From: an uncultured bacterium
GTDB taxonomy: Bacteria > Fidelibacterota > Marinisomatia > SCGC-AAA003-L08 > GCA-2689995
NCBI GenBank assembly: GCA_964529325.1
Contig: CAZGWH010000005.1
Coordinates: 1,126-65,125 of the forward strand
DNA: 64,000 nt
Direction of reading: 5' to 3'
The notes beneath the pieces are model-generated. The model worked only from the letters and a program-made list of their open reading frames with translations. It searched no databases and was not told the DNA's origin. The translations under genes were made by a program, and so were the position numbers. This document shows positions 34,009-42,739 of the stretch, one piece after another (positions within the stretch are counted from its first letter, which is position 1; each line of letters opens with the position of its first letter).

Positions 34009-35772
34009 ATGAAAAAATATTTAATATTATTATTTTTTATTATCGGGTTTTTTATTAGTTGTGACAATAAAATAATAAAAACAGAGGCGGATAAATTACA
34101 TCAATTTTTTTCAAAAGAGTGGGAGTATGGATTAAAGAATAATCCTGAATCTGCCACATGGTATGGAGATGATAGATTTAATAATCAGATAAATGATAAA
34201 AGCATAGAAAAGATTATTTCAAATCACGGAAACAACATAAAATCTCTTAAAAATCTTGTACAAATTAAAAGAAGTCAACTAGATGAAAATGATCAATTAA
34301 ATTATGATTTATATAAACAAGATTTAAAGACTACAATTGAGGATTATGAGTATAAGAACTATTTAATTCCAATTACACAATTAGGAGGAATTCAAATTGA
34401 TTTACCCAATATGGTAGAGTTAATGCCATTTAATAATATTAAAGATTTTCATAATTACATTTCCCGTATGAGGGCCATACCTAATGCTATTGAACAAACT
34501 ATTAATGTAATGAAAAGAGGCATAAAAGAAAAAATAATGCCTCCAAAAGTAACGATTGAAAAAGTAAGTGCTCAAATTAAAAAACAGACAGAAATTCCTT
34601 ATGATGAAAGTCCTTTTTACACACCATATTTAAATATTGATTTGAATATTTCAAATGCGTTAAAAGATAGTCTGAAACAAATTGGAAAATTATTAATATC
34701 TGACCAGATTATTCCTGCATATCAAAAACTGAATTTATTCTTTTTAGAAGAATATTATTCAAATGCAAGAGTTGATTACGCAATTTCCTCAATTCCAAAT
34801 GGTAAAAGATATTATAATTATTTAGTAAAATATCACACAACTACAGATAAAACTCCAAAAGAAATACATGGAATTGGAATAGATGAAGTGAGTCGTATTA
34901 GAAAAGAAATGGATAAAATAATTTCGGAATTAAATTTTGATGGAGAATTCTCAGATTTTCTGAATTTTTTAAGAAACTCAAATCAATTTTATTATGATAA
35001 TCCAGAAGATTTAATAAATGGGTATCGGGCAATTTGTAAACGCGTAGATCCCGAACTTGCAAAGTTTTTTGGGAAATTACCTCGCATTCCTTATGGTGTA
35101 AAGCCAATTCCGGAATATCAAGCAATGTCATCCCCTACAGCTTATTATTATGGTGCATCTGCTGATGGCAAAAGACCAGGGTATTTTTGGGCAAATACAT
35201 ATAATTTAAAAATGAGACCAAAATACGAAATGGCAGTCCTAGCTATACATGAAGCAGTCCCTGGGCATCATTTACAAATATCATTAGCGAATGAAATGGA
35301 AAATGTCCCAACATTTAGAAAACATTCAGGACATACTGCTTTCGTTGAAGGTTGGGGGTTATATTCTGAAAGTTTGGGTGATGAAATGGGTATTTATGAT
35401 ACGCCCTATTCTAAATTTGGTCAATTAACATATGAAATGTGGCGAGCATGTCGATTAGTTGTAGATACAGGAATCCATGCATTTGGCTGGTCAAGAATAA
35501 AATCAATTCAATATATGGCGGAAAATACTGCAAAAACTATATTTGATATTGAAAATGAAATAGATAGATATATTGCATGGCCTGGACAAGCATTGGCATA
35601 TAAAATTGGAGAATTGAAAATTAAAGAAATTCGAAAAAATGCAGAAATTATTTTAGGTGATGAATTTGATATTCGAGAATTTCATGATAAATTATTAGAA
35701 TCAGGTTCTTTACCTCTTGATATATTAGAAAACAAAATGGCAAAATATATAAGGGATAAAGCAAAATTATAA
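34009..35772 (+). CDS. DUF885-family secreted protein/lipoprotein (putative metalloprotease-like)
   Basis: Signal peptide ending FFISC (lipobox-like). HEAVPGHHLQ motif typical of DUF885. 587 aa. Confidence 0.7.
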   Translation: MKKYLILLFFIIGFFISCDNKIIKTEADKLHQFFSKEWEYGLKNNPESATWYGDDRFNNQINDKSIEKIISNHGNNIKSLKNLVQIKRSQLDENDQLNYDLYKQDLKTTIEDYEYKNYLIPITQLGGIQIDLPNMVELMPFNNIKDFHNYISRMRAIPNAIEQTINVMKRGIKEKIMPPKVTIEKVSAQIKKQTEIPYDESPFYTPYLNIDLNISNALKDSLKQIGKLLISDQIIPAYQKLNLFFLEEYYSNARVDYAISSIPNGKRYYNYLVKYHTTTDKTPKEIHGIGIDEVSRIRKEMDKIISELNFDGEFSDFLNFLRNSNQFYYDNPEDLINGYRAICKRVDPELAKFFGKLPRIPYGVKPIPEYQAMSSPTAYYYGASADGKRPGYFWANTYNLKMRPKYEMAVLAIHEAVPGHHLQISLANEMENVPTFRKHSGHTAFVEGWGLYSESLGDEMGIYDTPYSKFGQLTYEMWRACRLVVDTGIHAFGWSRIKSIQYMAENTAKTIFDIENEIDRYIAWPGQALAYKIGELKIKEIRKNAEIILGDEFDIREFHDKLLESGSLPLDILENKMAKYIRDKAKL

Positions 35773-35828
35773 TTATTAATTACAGATTGAAACTTTATGC
35801 GAAACATTAATAAGTTGTAAATTATTCT

Positions 35829-36746
35829 ATGGTTGAAACATATAAAAAATACGATAACCTGTTTACAAACATAAAGCCAAATGCAATTGGAAATATTGTT
35901 ATATTTTCAAAAAATAATTCATGGGAAATTCAACAAAGTTATGATGATGTTACCCAAAAAGAAACTAAAATTTGGCAACATTTATATTCAAAAGTTATTG
36001 ACAATTCAACTCAATATGGTTCTATTGAATTTATTCAGGGTATCAAAAAATTAAAATTATGCTCTAATGAATTCCCTAATTTGAAAGCAATTTCAACTCG
36101 AATTAAATCATTAACCGATTGGGAAGTAGTAACAGTGGCAGGGTTTTTAGATGAATATTTATTTTTTGAACTAAATGCAAATCGGCGATTTCCATCTACG
36201 GACATTATTAGACAATCGCAACGGTTTGAAGAAAAATATAGAACAACCCCAATTAAAAATGAATTTGGATATACTCCTGAACCTGATATTTTTCATGATG
36301 TCTTTGGACACATGCCATTTTTAACAAATCAGTCATATTGTAATTTTTTGGCTGAAATTGGTCAATTGGGTTATGAAATTCTATTGAATGAAAGAGGGTT
36401 TAGTCAAGAATTAATTGCCCATAATTTAAAAAGATTACAAAATTTTGCATGGTGGACTTATGAATTTGGTGTTATGATAAATCAAAATGATAATCCAAAT
36501 AATAAATTAAAGTATCAAATTTATGGTTCGGGTATATTATCATCTTATGATGAATTAATGAATGTGGTGAATTGTGGTGAAAATAAATCTAACCATTCCA
36601 TTTTTATACCATTTGAAATTGAAGAAGTCGTAACAACACGGTTTGATTATAGTGAAATTCAAGATAGATATTTTATTATTAATTCAATGGAAGAGTTGTA
36701 CCAATCATTTAGAAATAATAAAAATTTATTTATGTATGAAGGATAA
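35829..36746 (+). CDS. phhA: Phenylalanine-4-hydroxylase (aromatic amino-acid hydroxylase)
   Basis: PEPDIFHDVFGHMPFL iron-ligand HxxxxH motif, WWTYEFG, YGSGILSS. Confidence 0.88.
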   Translation: MVETYKKYDNLFTNIKPNAIGNIVIFSKNNSWEIQQSYDDVTQKETKIWQHLYSKVIDNSTQYGSIEFIQGIKKLKLCSNEFPNLKAISTRIKSLTDWEVVTVAGFLDEYLFFELNANRRFPSTDIIRQSQRFEEKYRTTPIKNEFGYTPEPDIFHDVFGHMPFLTNQSYCNFLAEIGQLGYEILLNERGFSQELIAHNLKRLQNFAWWTYEFGVMINQNDNPNNKLKYQIYGSGILSSYDELMNVVNCGENKSNHSIFIPFEIEEVVTTRFDYSEIQDRYFIINSMEELYQSFRNNKNLFMYEG

Positions 36747-36752
36747 TAAAAT

Positions 36753-37019
36753 ATGAAATTAAATTTACATATAGATGGTATGTCATGTAATGGATGTGCA
36801 TCAAATATTAAAAATATGATATCTGAATTTAATGGTGTGAAAAATGTGAATGTAAACTTTGATTCAAAATCGGCGGAGTTAGATATAAATGATAAGCAAT
36901 TTAATTCTGTTGAATTTATTCATAAGTTTAATGATACAAAATTTATAGTTAAAATAGTTGAAGAAAATTTAAAAGATAAAAAGTCTTCATTTTTTAATAA
37001 AATAACAAATTTGTTTTAA
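36753..37019 (+). CDS. Heavy-metal-associated (HMA) domain metallochaperone, CopZ-like
   Basis: HIDGMSCNGCASNIKN is the GMxCxxC motif. 88 aa, no signal peptide. Confidence 0.85.
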   Translation: MKLNLHIDGMSCNGCASNIKNMISEFNGVKNVNVNFDSKSAELDINDKQFNSVEFIHKFNDTKFIVKIVEENLKDKKSSFFNKITNLF

Positions 37020-37054
37020 AAATTTACTAATTTATAAAAATAAAAGGAATTAAA

Positions 37055-38110
37055 GTGAGAATATTAATATTTATAGTTACAATTTTTGCAGCTTTATGGG
37101 GACAATGAGCACTCTGAAGTAACCCGTCATTGCCGGTCGGCAATTCGGATAAAGGTGTAGGACTATGGTCAGGTCAGGTCATGCTCGGCGTAGATAATAA
37201 TTATCAATATATTGATTGGGGACATCCAGAAATTGATGGAGAAGTTGATGATAATGGAAATGAAGTTGGTGATCATTTAGGCACTCTTACTGCAAAAATT
37301 ATTTCTCCTAATATTACAATTGGTTTGTCAAATTATTGGAATATTACCATAGGGCAAGTAATTGGGATTCGATCGATGACATGGGGAAATGATTTAGAAT
37401 CCCAGCATCATAGAGAAGAAAATTCATTAACTGATTTTATAAATGATTTGAATGAAATTCAAGCAATTGGTGGTTTATTAGGCGATAGCCGAATAATGCT
37501 TCGGTATTTAATGATAAATGGAGGTGCAGGACCAGGTCATAGATTGTTTTTTGGGGGAGGTTTAGTTATACCTTCAAAAAATACATTGACAAAGTCTCCA
37601 TTTGCTATACCAGAAGAAACAGAAGATCACCGTCATTTCAGCATGAGTGAAGGGGTATATAAAGCAATATTTGAAACCCAATATTTTATAAAACGAAAAT
37701 TAAATCCCGTTTTTATTGGTGGAACATTTTCCATTGAAGAACCACTTTCAGAAAGTGAATATGGTTATAAAGCATCTCGATTAATTGATTTATCTTTTAC
37801 TGCATTTTCAGGTAAAGTAAAATTAATAAATGGATCAATTGGTGCGAGTTTAATGGTTCGGCAGACCTCAAAAGGATATTGGAATGGAGAGGTCGCTCCT
37901 AATTCTGAAAGTACATTAGTGATACCAGGGGTTGGGTTTTTATGGAATATAAATATTGGGACATTGGCCGTTAATTTACAAAAACCATATTTTTTAGATG
38001 GCTCTTTTACAGGGACTGAAGGCCAAGCTGAAGAAACAACAGATGTATATCAAATTTCAGTTAGTGTGAGAAAAGTTTTAGATTATTCAATACCTTTTTT
38101 AGACTGGTAA
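37055..38110 (+). CDS. Candidate secreted selenoprotein: signal peptide, U-A-L-U motif (two in-frame TGA) and a beta-barrel-like 326-aa body. The conservative call is 37130-38110, hypothetical protein.
   Basis: GTG 37055 with AAGGA 6 nt upstream encodes VRILIFIVTIFAALWGQ. TGA at 37106 and 37115 are in frame with the tracked ORF. A SECIS-like hairpin follows. The C-terminus ...DYSIPFLDW is aromatic. Confidence 0.45.
37124..37148 (+). promoter_or_regulatory. SECIS-like RNA hairpin
   Basis: UUGCC(37130-34)/GGCAA(37139-43) stem with GGUC loop (37135-38). Extended by A37129:U37144 and CCG(37124-26)/CGG(37146-48) across a small internal loop. Confidence 0.5.
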
Positions 38111-38253
38111 AAAGAAAATTGTAACTCATTATTATTTATATAGAAAATCTTATTTTTTAATAAATTTTTAATGGTTTATATTATTGAAGCTCTCTAAATT
38201 TTCAGGCTTTGCGTTAATCAATTACCGACGATTGACAATTATTAGAAAGCAAT

Positions 38254-38326
<73 letters not shown>

Positions 38327-38336
38327 CCTCTAAAAA

Positions 38337-38368
38337 CCTTGTTTATTCACGATAAACAGGGTTTTTTT
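38337..38368 (+). terminator. Rho-independent terminator after tRNA-Phe
   Basis: 10-bp stem CCTTGTTTAT/ATAAACAGGG (one G-U pair), 5-nt loop, T7 run. Confidence 0.75.
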
Positions 38369-38536
38369 GTTTTTTACTCATTTCCTACCAAATACTCTTT
38401 TTGTTCTAAACTATCAAATATTGACAGTAAAGCACTCATAGTAGTACCGATTTTAATTTTTTAATACACTACAAAGCCCCTTTTTTTAAATAATGATATT
38501 TTTCTTATTCTTATAATAAAATTTCTTCTTATTATA

Positions 38537-38556
38537 CGAGTAACTTTCGAGTAACT
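38537..38556 (+). promoter_or_regulatory. Tandem direct repeat CGAGTAACT-tt-CGAGTAACT upstream of imuB (candidate operator)
   Basis: Exact 9-mers at 38537-38545 and 38548-38556, 11 bp centre to centre, 35-54 nt upstream of the imuB ATG. Confidence 0.35.
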
Positions 38557-38590
38557 ATTTTACAGGTTAGACAAATTATATAATTAAATA

Positions 38591-39751
38591 ATGAGAAATA
38601 TATTCCATTTACGGCTAAAGGATATAGAGCTTCAAGCAGAACGCACTATTGATAGAACCTTGCAAACAAAACCCATTGCAATAATATCATCACATCACGA
38701 TAATGGTAGTGTTATTGCATTATCAAGTGAAGCTAAGGAAGAAGGATTATTTAATGGGTTAAAGATTCATATTGCTCGGAAAATGTCACATAGTGTTCGC
38801 ATGTTACCTTATAATCAAAATTTATATCGTCAAGTTCATGAAAGTCTATACCAAACTATCCGTAATTATACTCCTTTATTTGAACCTGAAGTATTTGGAC
38901 AGTATTATATGGATATGACAGGAACAAGTAGATTATTAGGGTGCATGAATGATGTTGGTATGCATATCACGCGAGACATTAAAAATCAATTAAATTTGAA
39001 AAGTAAAATAGGAATAAGTTCTAATAAATTGGTTAGTAAGATATCTACGGAAGTTGTACCTGAAACAGTTTGGGAAATAAAAAATGGAAATGAACCTAAT
39101 TTTATAGCACCTCTATCTCCTGTTTTTTTGCCAATCTATAAAGAAGTATCTATCAAAAAAGTAATTCGCTTTCTTATGCTCAAATCTATTTCACAAGTTC
39201 AAGATATTTTAAAAATACCACAGCTTGCACCTATTATATTTGGTCGATATTATTCTCAATTGAATATGCAAGCATTTGGGAAAGATATATCTCTTGTACA
39301 TCCATTATTAGAGAAAATTAAAATTACAGAACAAAAAGTGCTCTCTCAAGACACAAATGATTATCAGGTTTTGCAAAGTATTGTGCGAGAATTATCTGGG
39401 CATATTGGATTTAAAATGCGTTCATCTCATCGTCTGGCTAAATATATATATATTGAAATTCATTATACCGATGGTTTTTTAAATAAAAAACGAAGCAAGC
39501 TTAATTCAAATGACGACCATACAATTATTAATGTCTGTACCTTTTTGTTAAAAAAAGTTTTTACTCGACGAAACCGAGTCCGCACTCTTATTGTTACTGC
39601 GACTAATTTATTTCCTGCTAGCAGACAATTATATCTTTTTAATCAAAAAGAAACTAAACAAAATAGTATCTCTTCAGCATTAGATAAAGTTCGTTTAAAA
39701 TTTGGAGAACATAGTATTCACAATGGGTTTTCTTCTAAAAGTTATCATTAA
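38591..39751 (+). CDS. imuB: ImuB-like Y-family polymerase homologue (catalytically inactive type)
   Basis: Y-family architecture. The N-terminal FHLRLKDIELQAE replaces the DxD-containing motif, and YYMDMTG replaces the (S/A)IDE motif. Immediately upstream of dnaE2. Confidence 0.75.
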   Translation: MRNIFHLRLKDIELQAERTIDRTLQTKPIAIISSHHDNGSVIALSSEAKEEGLFNGLKIHIARKMSHSVRMLPYNQNLYRQVHESLYQTIRNYTPLFEPEVFGQYYMDMTGTSRLLGCMNDVGMHITRDIKNQLNLKSKIGISSNKLVSKISTEVVPETVWEIKNGNEPNFIAPLSPVFLPIYKEVSIKKVIRFLMLKSISQVQDILKIPQLAPIIFGRYYSQLNMQAFGKDISLVHPLLEKIKITEQKVLSQDTNDYQVLQSIVRELSGHIGFKMRSSHRLAKYIYIEIHYTDGFLNKKRSKLNSNDDHTIINVCTFLLKKVFTRRNRVRTLIVTATNLFPASRQLYLFNQKETKQNSISSALDKVRLKFGEHSIHNGFSSKSYH

Positions 39752-39757
39752 TTCTAT

Positions 39758-42739
39758 ATGTTTATACATTTAAATACACATACAAATTACTCTAAAATGT
39801 ATAGTGGTAATACATTCAGAGATTATCTTGATGCTGTAAAGAAACTCAATATGCCCTATTTAGCAATTACGGAAGTTAATGGTTTATGGGGATTTATTCA
39901 TTTTATTACTATTGCAAAAGATTATGGTATTAAAGCAATTGCAGGCTCAAATATCATTACAGAAAAATATGAAGCAATAATACTTGTTGAAACAGAAGCA
40001 GGGTTCTCTAACCTATGTAAAATTCTTTCTAATTTACATTTAAACAAAACATTTTCTTTACCTGATATATTAAAAAAATATCATTCAGGACTTTTTATAT
40101 TATCTCATCAAAAATATACTTTAGATAAACTTATAAATATTATTCCGCTATCACATCTATTTATTGAACTTCGCCCAGGAATTGATGAAATGCTTGCTAA
40201 ACAATGGGAAAAAGAATTAAATATTAGCTCTATTGCAACAGGTGATGTTTATTTTATGCATAAAAATGATATTCATACACATAAAATTCTAAGAGCCATT
40301 CATTATAATACAACACTATCCCGTATAGATAAATCTCAATATAAATCTGATAATCATTGGTTTCGCAATAAAGAAAATATGAAGGATATATTTCCAAATA
40401 GCATAGAAGCTATTCATAATAGCTATAAGCTCGCTCAACGATGTAAAACCAATTGGGATTTCAGTAATACTATTTTTCCAAATATTGGGAAAGGTGAAAG
40501 TAAAACAAATAATCCAAATAAAACATTAAAAGAACTTACGCTACACGGAGCAAAAAAACGATATAATAAAATTACATCACATATTCAAAAACGAATTGAC
40601 TATGAATTAGACATTATTATTCAAAAAGGTTTTGCCACTTATTTTTTAATAGTTTGTGATATTGTAAAACAAACTAAATCTACAATTGGTCGAGGCAGTG
40701 GAGCAGCATCAATAATAAGCTATTGTTTATTTATTACCCAAGTTGACCCCATTAAATATAATCTTCAATTTGAACGATTTATTCATCCTGAACGCATTGA
40801 TATGCCTGATATTGATATTGATTTCCCTTGGGATGAACGAGATGATATTTTAAAATATATTTTTAATACGTATGGGCTTAAACATACCGCAATGGTTTCT
40901 AATCAAGTTTTTTTACAACCTCGATCTGCAATTAGAGAAGTTGGAAAAGTATATGGACTTTCAAATGAAGAAATTAAATCAGTAACAAAACGCATTGGAT
41001 ATCATACGCGTCATCGAAAATTAGCAAGCTGGGTTAAAACAGATAATCGATTTAAAAATATAAATTTAGATGAAACACTTGAAGAGATATTAGTTCAAAG
41101 TGAAAAAATAATAGGTGCATTACGAAATTCGTCGGTTCATCCTGGAGGGGTTATTATTGTCCCTGATGAAATTCAAAAATATGTCCCTGTTTTAAAGACA
41201 CCTAAAGATGTACAAATTGTAGAATGGGAGAAAGACCAAGTTGAGGATAGTGGATTATTAAAAATAGATATTCTTGGAAATCGCTCATTAGCAGTAGTGC
41301 GTGATACGCTAAATCAATTAGGATTATATCGCAATAAATACATGGACTATCATCAAATTAAATCAACAGAAGATATTAAAACAATTGAGCTTATGAAATC
41401 AGGGCGAACGATGGGAATATTTTATATTGAAAGTCCAGCAACAAGGCAATTACTTGCAAAATCTCAACATATAGATTTTGAACATGTCGTCATATATTCA
41501 TCAATTATTCGCCCAGCCGCAAACCGATTTATCAATTTAATGTTAGAACGCATTCATGGTAAACCGTGGCAATTGCTCCATCCTGATTTACTCTGCCTTG
41601 CTGAGAGTTATGGGATTATGGTTTACGAAGAACAAGTTTCAACGGTAGCAAGAAAAATTGCAGGATTTGGTTATGCTGAATCTGATTATATCCGAAAAGT
41701 TATTTCTCGTAGTTCTCTTGCACATACCATTTCATACTGGAAACAGAAATTTATTAAAGGGGCAAATAAAAATGGATATACAACGGAACTTGCAGAAAAA
41801 TTATGGGCAATGATTGAATCTTTCTCCGGGTATTCATTTTGTAAGCCACATTCTGCTTCGTATGCAATGTTATCATTTACCTGTGCATATTTAAAATCAC
41901 ATTTTCCTGCTGAGTTTCTAGCGAGTGTTATTAGTAATCAAGGAGGGTTTTATTCTACCTATGCCTATATGAGCGAAGCTAAACGATTTGGAATACAGAT
42001 TCTTAAACCACATATTAACCTAAGTCTAAAAAAATATAAGGGTAAAGGGAATAAAATACGCATGGGATTTATGGCAATTCATAATTTACAAGAAAAGGCA
42101 ATTATTTCTATTTTAGACGAGAGAAAAAATAGTGATTTTAGGTCATTAGATGATTTTTTATTACGAACAGATATTCACATGGCTGATGCAATGGCATTGG
42201 TAAATGCAGGATGCTTTATTGAATTATGTTCGCATATGAATCATAGAGAAATTGCTCTCAAAACAGCATCCTTTTATTTGCAACCGTTAGAAGAACGCAA
42301 CCCTGTAGAAATTAAAATCAATACACTTTCACTCACACACAATGAAAAAATAACATTAGAAATTGAATCATTTGGGTTTCCAATTAGTGAACATCCGTTA
42401 AAAAAATATCAATCCTTTATTCAATACCGTGTTCAAAAAGCAATATATATTCATAAACTACATCGGAAGAAAGTTGTATTTGCAGGTGTACTAATTACTC
42501 GAAAAATCACAGCAACAAAAAGTAAAGAGGCAATGGAGTTTGTTACTTTCGAAGATGAAACAGATATTTATGAATGTGTGATGTTTCCTGAAATATATAA
42601 AAAATATGGTGATTTACTTAATTGGGAAACACTTTTTTTAGTTCATGGTAAAGTTGAAAAATCATTCAATATTTATACACTTACAATATCTCGCTTGGAA
42701 AGTTTGCAACGAACTGTTGATGTGAAATTAGTAGGATAA
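39758..42739 (+). CDS. dnaE2: Error-prone DNA polymerase III alpha homologue DnaE2/ImuC
   Basis: 993 aa. PHP N-terminus MFIHLNTHTNYS. GRGSGAASIISYCLFIT, DIDIDF, HPGGVII and FCKPHSASYA pol IIIalpha motifs. Paired with imuB. Confidence 0.88.
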   Translation: MFIHLNTHTNYSKMYSGNTFRDYLDAVKKLNMPYLAITEVNGLWGFIHFITIAKDYGIKAIAGSNIITEKYEAIILVETEAGFSNLCKILSNLHLNKTFSLPDILKKYHSGLFILSHQKYTLDKLINIIPLSHLFIELRPGIDEMLAKQWEKELNISSIATGDVYFMHKNDIHTHKILRAIHYNTTLSRIDKSQYKSDNHWFRNKENMKDIFPNSIEAIHNSYKLAQRCKTNWDFSNTIFPNIGKGESKTNNPNKTLKELTLHGAKKRYNKITSHIQKRIDYELDIIIQKGFATYFLIVCDIVKQTKSTIGRGSGAASIISYCLFITQVDPIKYNLQFERFIHPERIDMPDIDIDFPWDERDDILKYIFNTYGLKHTAMVSNQVFLQPRSAIREVGKVYGLSNEEIKSVTKRIGYHTRHRKLASWVKTDNRFKNINLDETLEEILVQSEKIIGALRNSSVHPGGVIIVPDEIQKYVPVLKTPKDVQIVEWEKDQVEDSGLLKIDILGNRSLAVVRDTLNQLGLYRNKYMDYHQIKSTEDIKTIELMKSGRTMGIFYIESPATRQLLAKSQHIDFEHVVIYSSIIRPAANRFINLMLERIHGKPWQLLHPDLLCLAESYGIMVYEEQVSTVARKIAGFGYAESDYIRKVISRSSLAHTISYWKQKFIKGANKNGYTTELAEKLWAMIESFSGYSFCKPHSASYAMLSFTCAYLKSHFPAEFLASVISNQGGFYSTYAYMSEAKRFGIQILKPHINLSLKKYKGKGNKIRMGFMAIHNLQEKAIISILDERKNSDFRSLDDFLLRTDIHMADAMALVNAGCFIELCSHMNHREIALKTASFYLQPLEERNPVEIKINTLSLTHNEKITLEIESFGFPISEHPLKKYQSFIQYRVQKAIYIHKLHRKKVVFAGVLITRKITATKSKEAMEFVTFEDETDIYECVMFPEIYKKYGDLLNWETLFLVHGKVEKSFNIYTLTISRLESLQRTVDVKLVG

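Noticed and set aside
37055-37108. The alternative reading that 37055-37108 is an independent 17-codon hydrophobic leader peptide (VRILIFIVTIFAALWGQ-stop) with a downstream regulatory hairpin.
   Set aside because: This is not fully excluded, but it is less parsimonious. It would leave the barrel-like protein without an export signal, and it requires the exact in-frame arrangement and the second TGA to be coincidences. It is kept as the null hypothesis for the selenoprotein finding.
37106-37117. Alternative genetic code (TGA read as Trp or Gly) as an explanation for the in-frame TGAs.
   Set aside because: TGA clearly terminates rplO (24690-24692), gmk, selA, relA and the HU gene at positions matching their conserved C-termini. 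The window therefore uses the standard bacterial code.
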